Source: an uncultured Chthonomonadaceae bacterium (GTDB lineage: Bacteria; Armatimonadota; Chthonomonadetes; Chthonomonadales; Chthonomonadaceae). Taken from it: a stretch of DNA of 64,000 nt. Below the pieces are notes generated by a model. The model saw only the letters and a program-made list of their open reading frames with translations. It did no database searches and had not been told where the DNA came from. A program made the translations under genes and the position numbers. The stretch covers positions 704,001-768,000 of the forward strand of contig CAWFQB010000004.1 of the NCBI GenBank assembly GCA_963817895.1, given 5' to 3'. Shown piece by piece: positions 63,789-64,000 of the stretch (position 1 is its first letter; each line of letters begins with the position of its first letter).

Positions 63789-64000
63789 TTTCTGGTTTTA
63801 TTGAGGCCTTGTTCTCTCGTTTTCACTTCCTCTTACTTAAAATCCAGCGTGTTTGTGCTAACCTTATCTATATACTATCGTCTGTCACTCTGGAACACCG
63901 TCGTTACCTCTTTTCCATCCTCTTTATCCTGTTTACTCTGGAAGTGAAACCATGACTCTCTCATCCCGTTTGCTGCTGTTTGGGGCGTTGTTTGGTGTTG

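Noticed and set aside
63790..64000. 3' end of a minus-strand gene at the window edge
   Set aside because: The frames are short and uninformative.

Overview
A 64-kb bacterial chromosomal window. PEP-CTERM proteins, three prepilin/H-X9-DG (DUF1559-type) genes, DUF1501, DUF4058 and expanded BTAD-ATPase-TPR regulators suggest Armatimonadota or a relative (inference only). Many genes are split by single-base frameshifts that look like long-read consensus errors, so they are reported as whole genes. No rRNA, tRNA or CRISPR array was seen. The most interesting region is 36.0-49.4 kb. It holds a WGR-PARP gene with an intact H-Y-E triad and a four-gene operon encoding nicotinamidase, TerY-like vWA, PP2C phosphatase and protein kinase. 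Divergent from that operon is a SARP/BTAD-NB-ARC-TPR regulator, followed immediately by pncB. The operon promoter has an 11-bp-period direct repeat 9 bp upstream of a TATACT box. The same geometry occurs in front of the PEP-CTERM gene beside the window's other BTAD regulator. Together these suggest a regulated NAD+-consuming and NAD+-recycling stress or defence module. The window also contains an orphan RHS toxin-immunity pair, an intact IS701-like element, three copies of a 102-bp MITE, REP-like elements, heptamer-repeat palindromes (two palindromic elements sit in frame inside genes), and two small genes missed by the ORF track.
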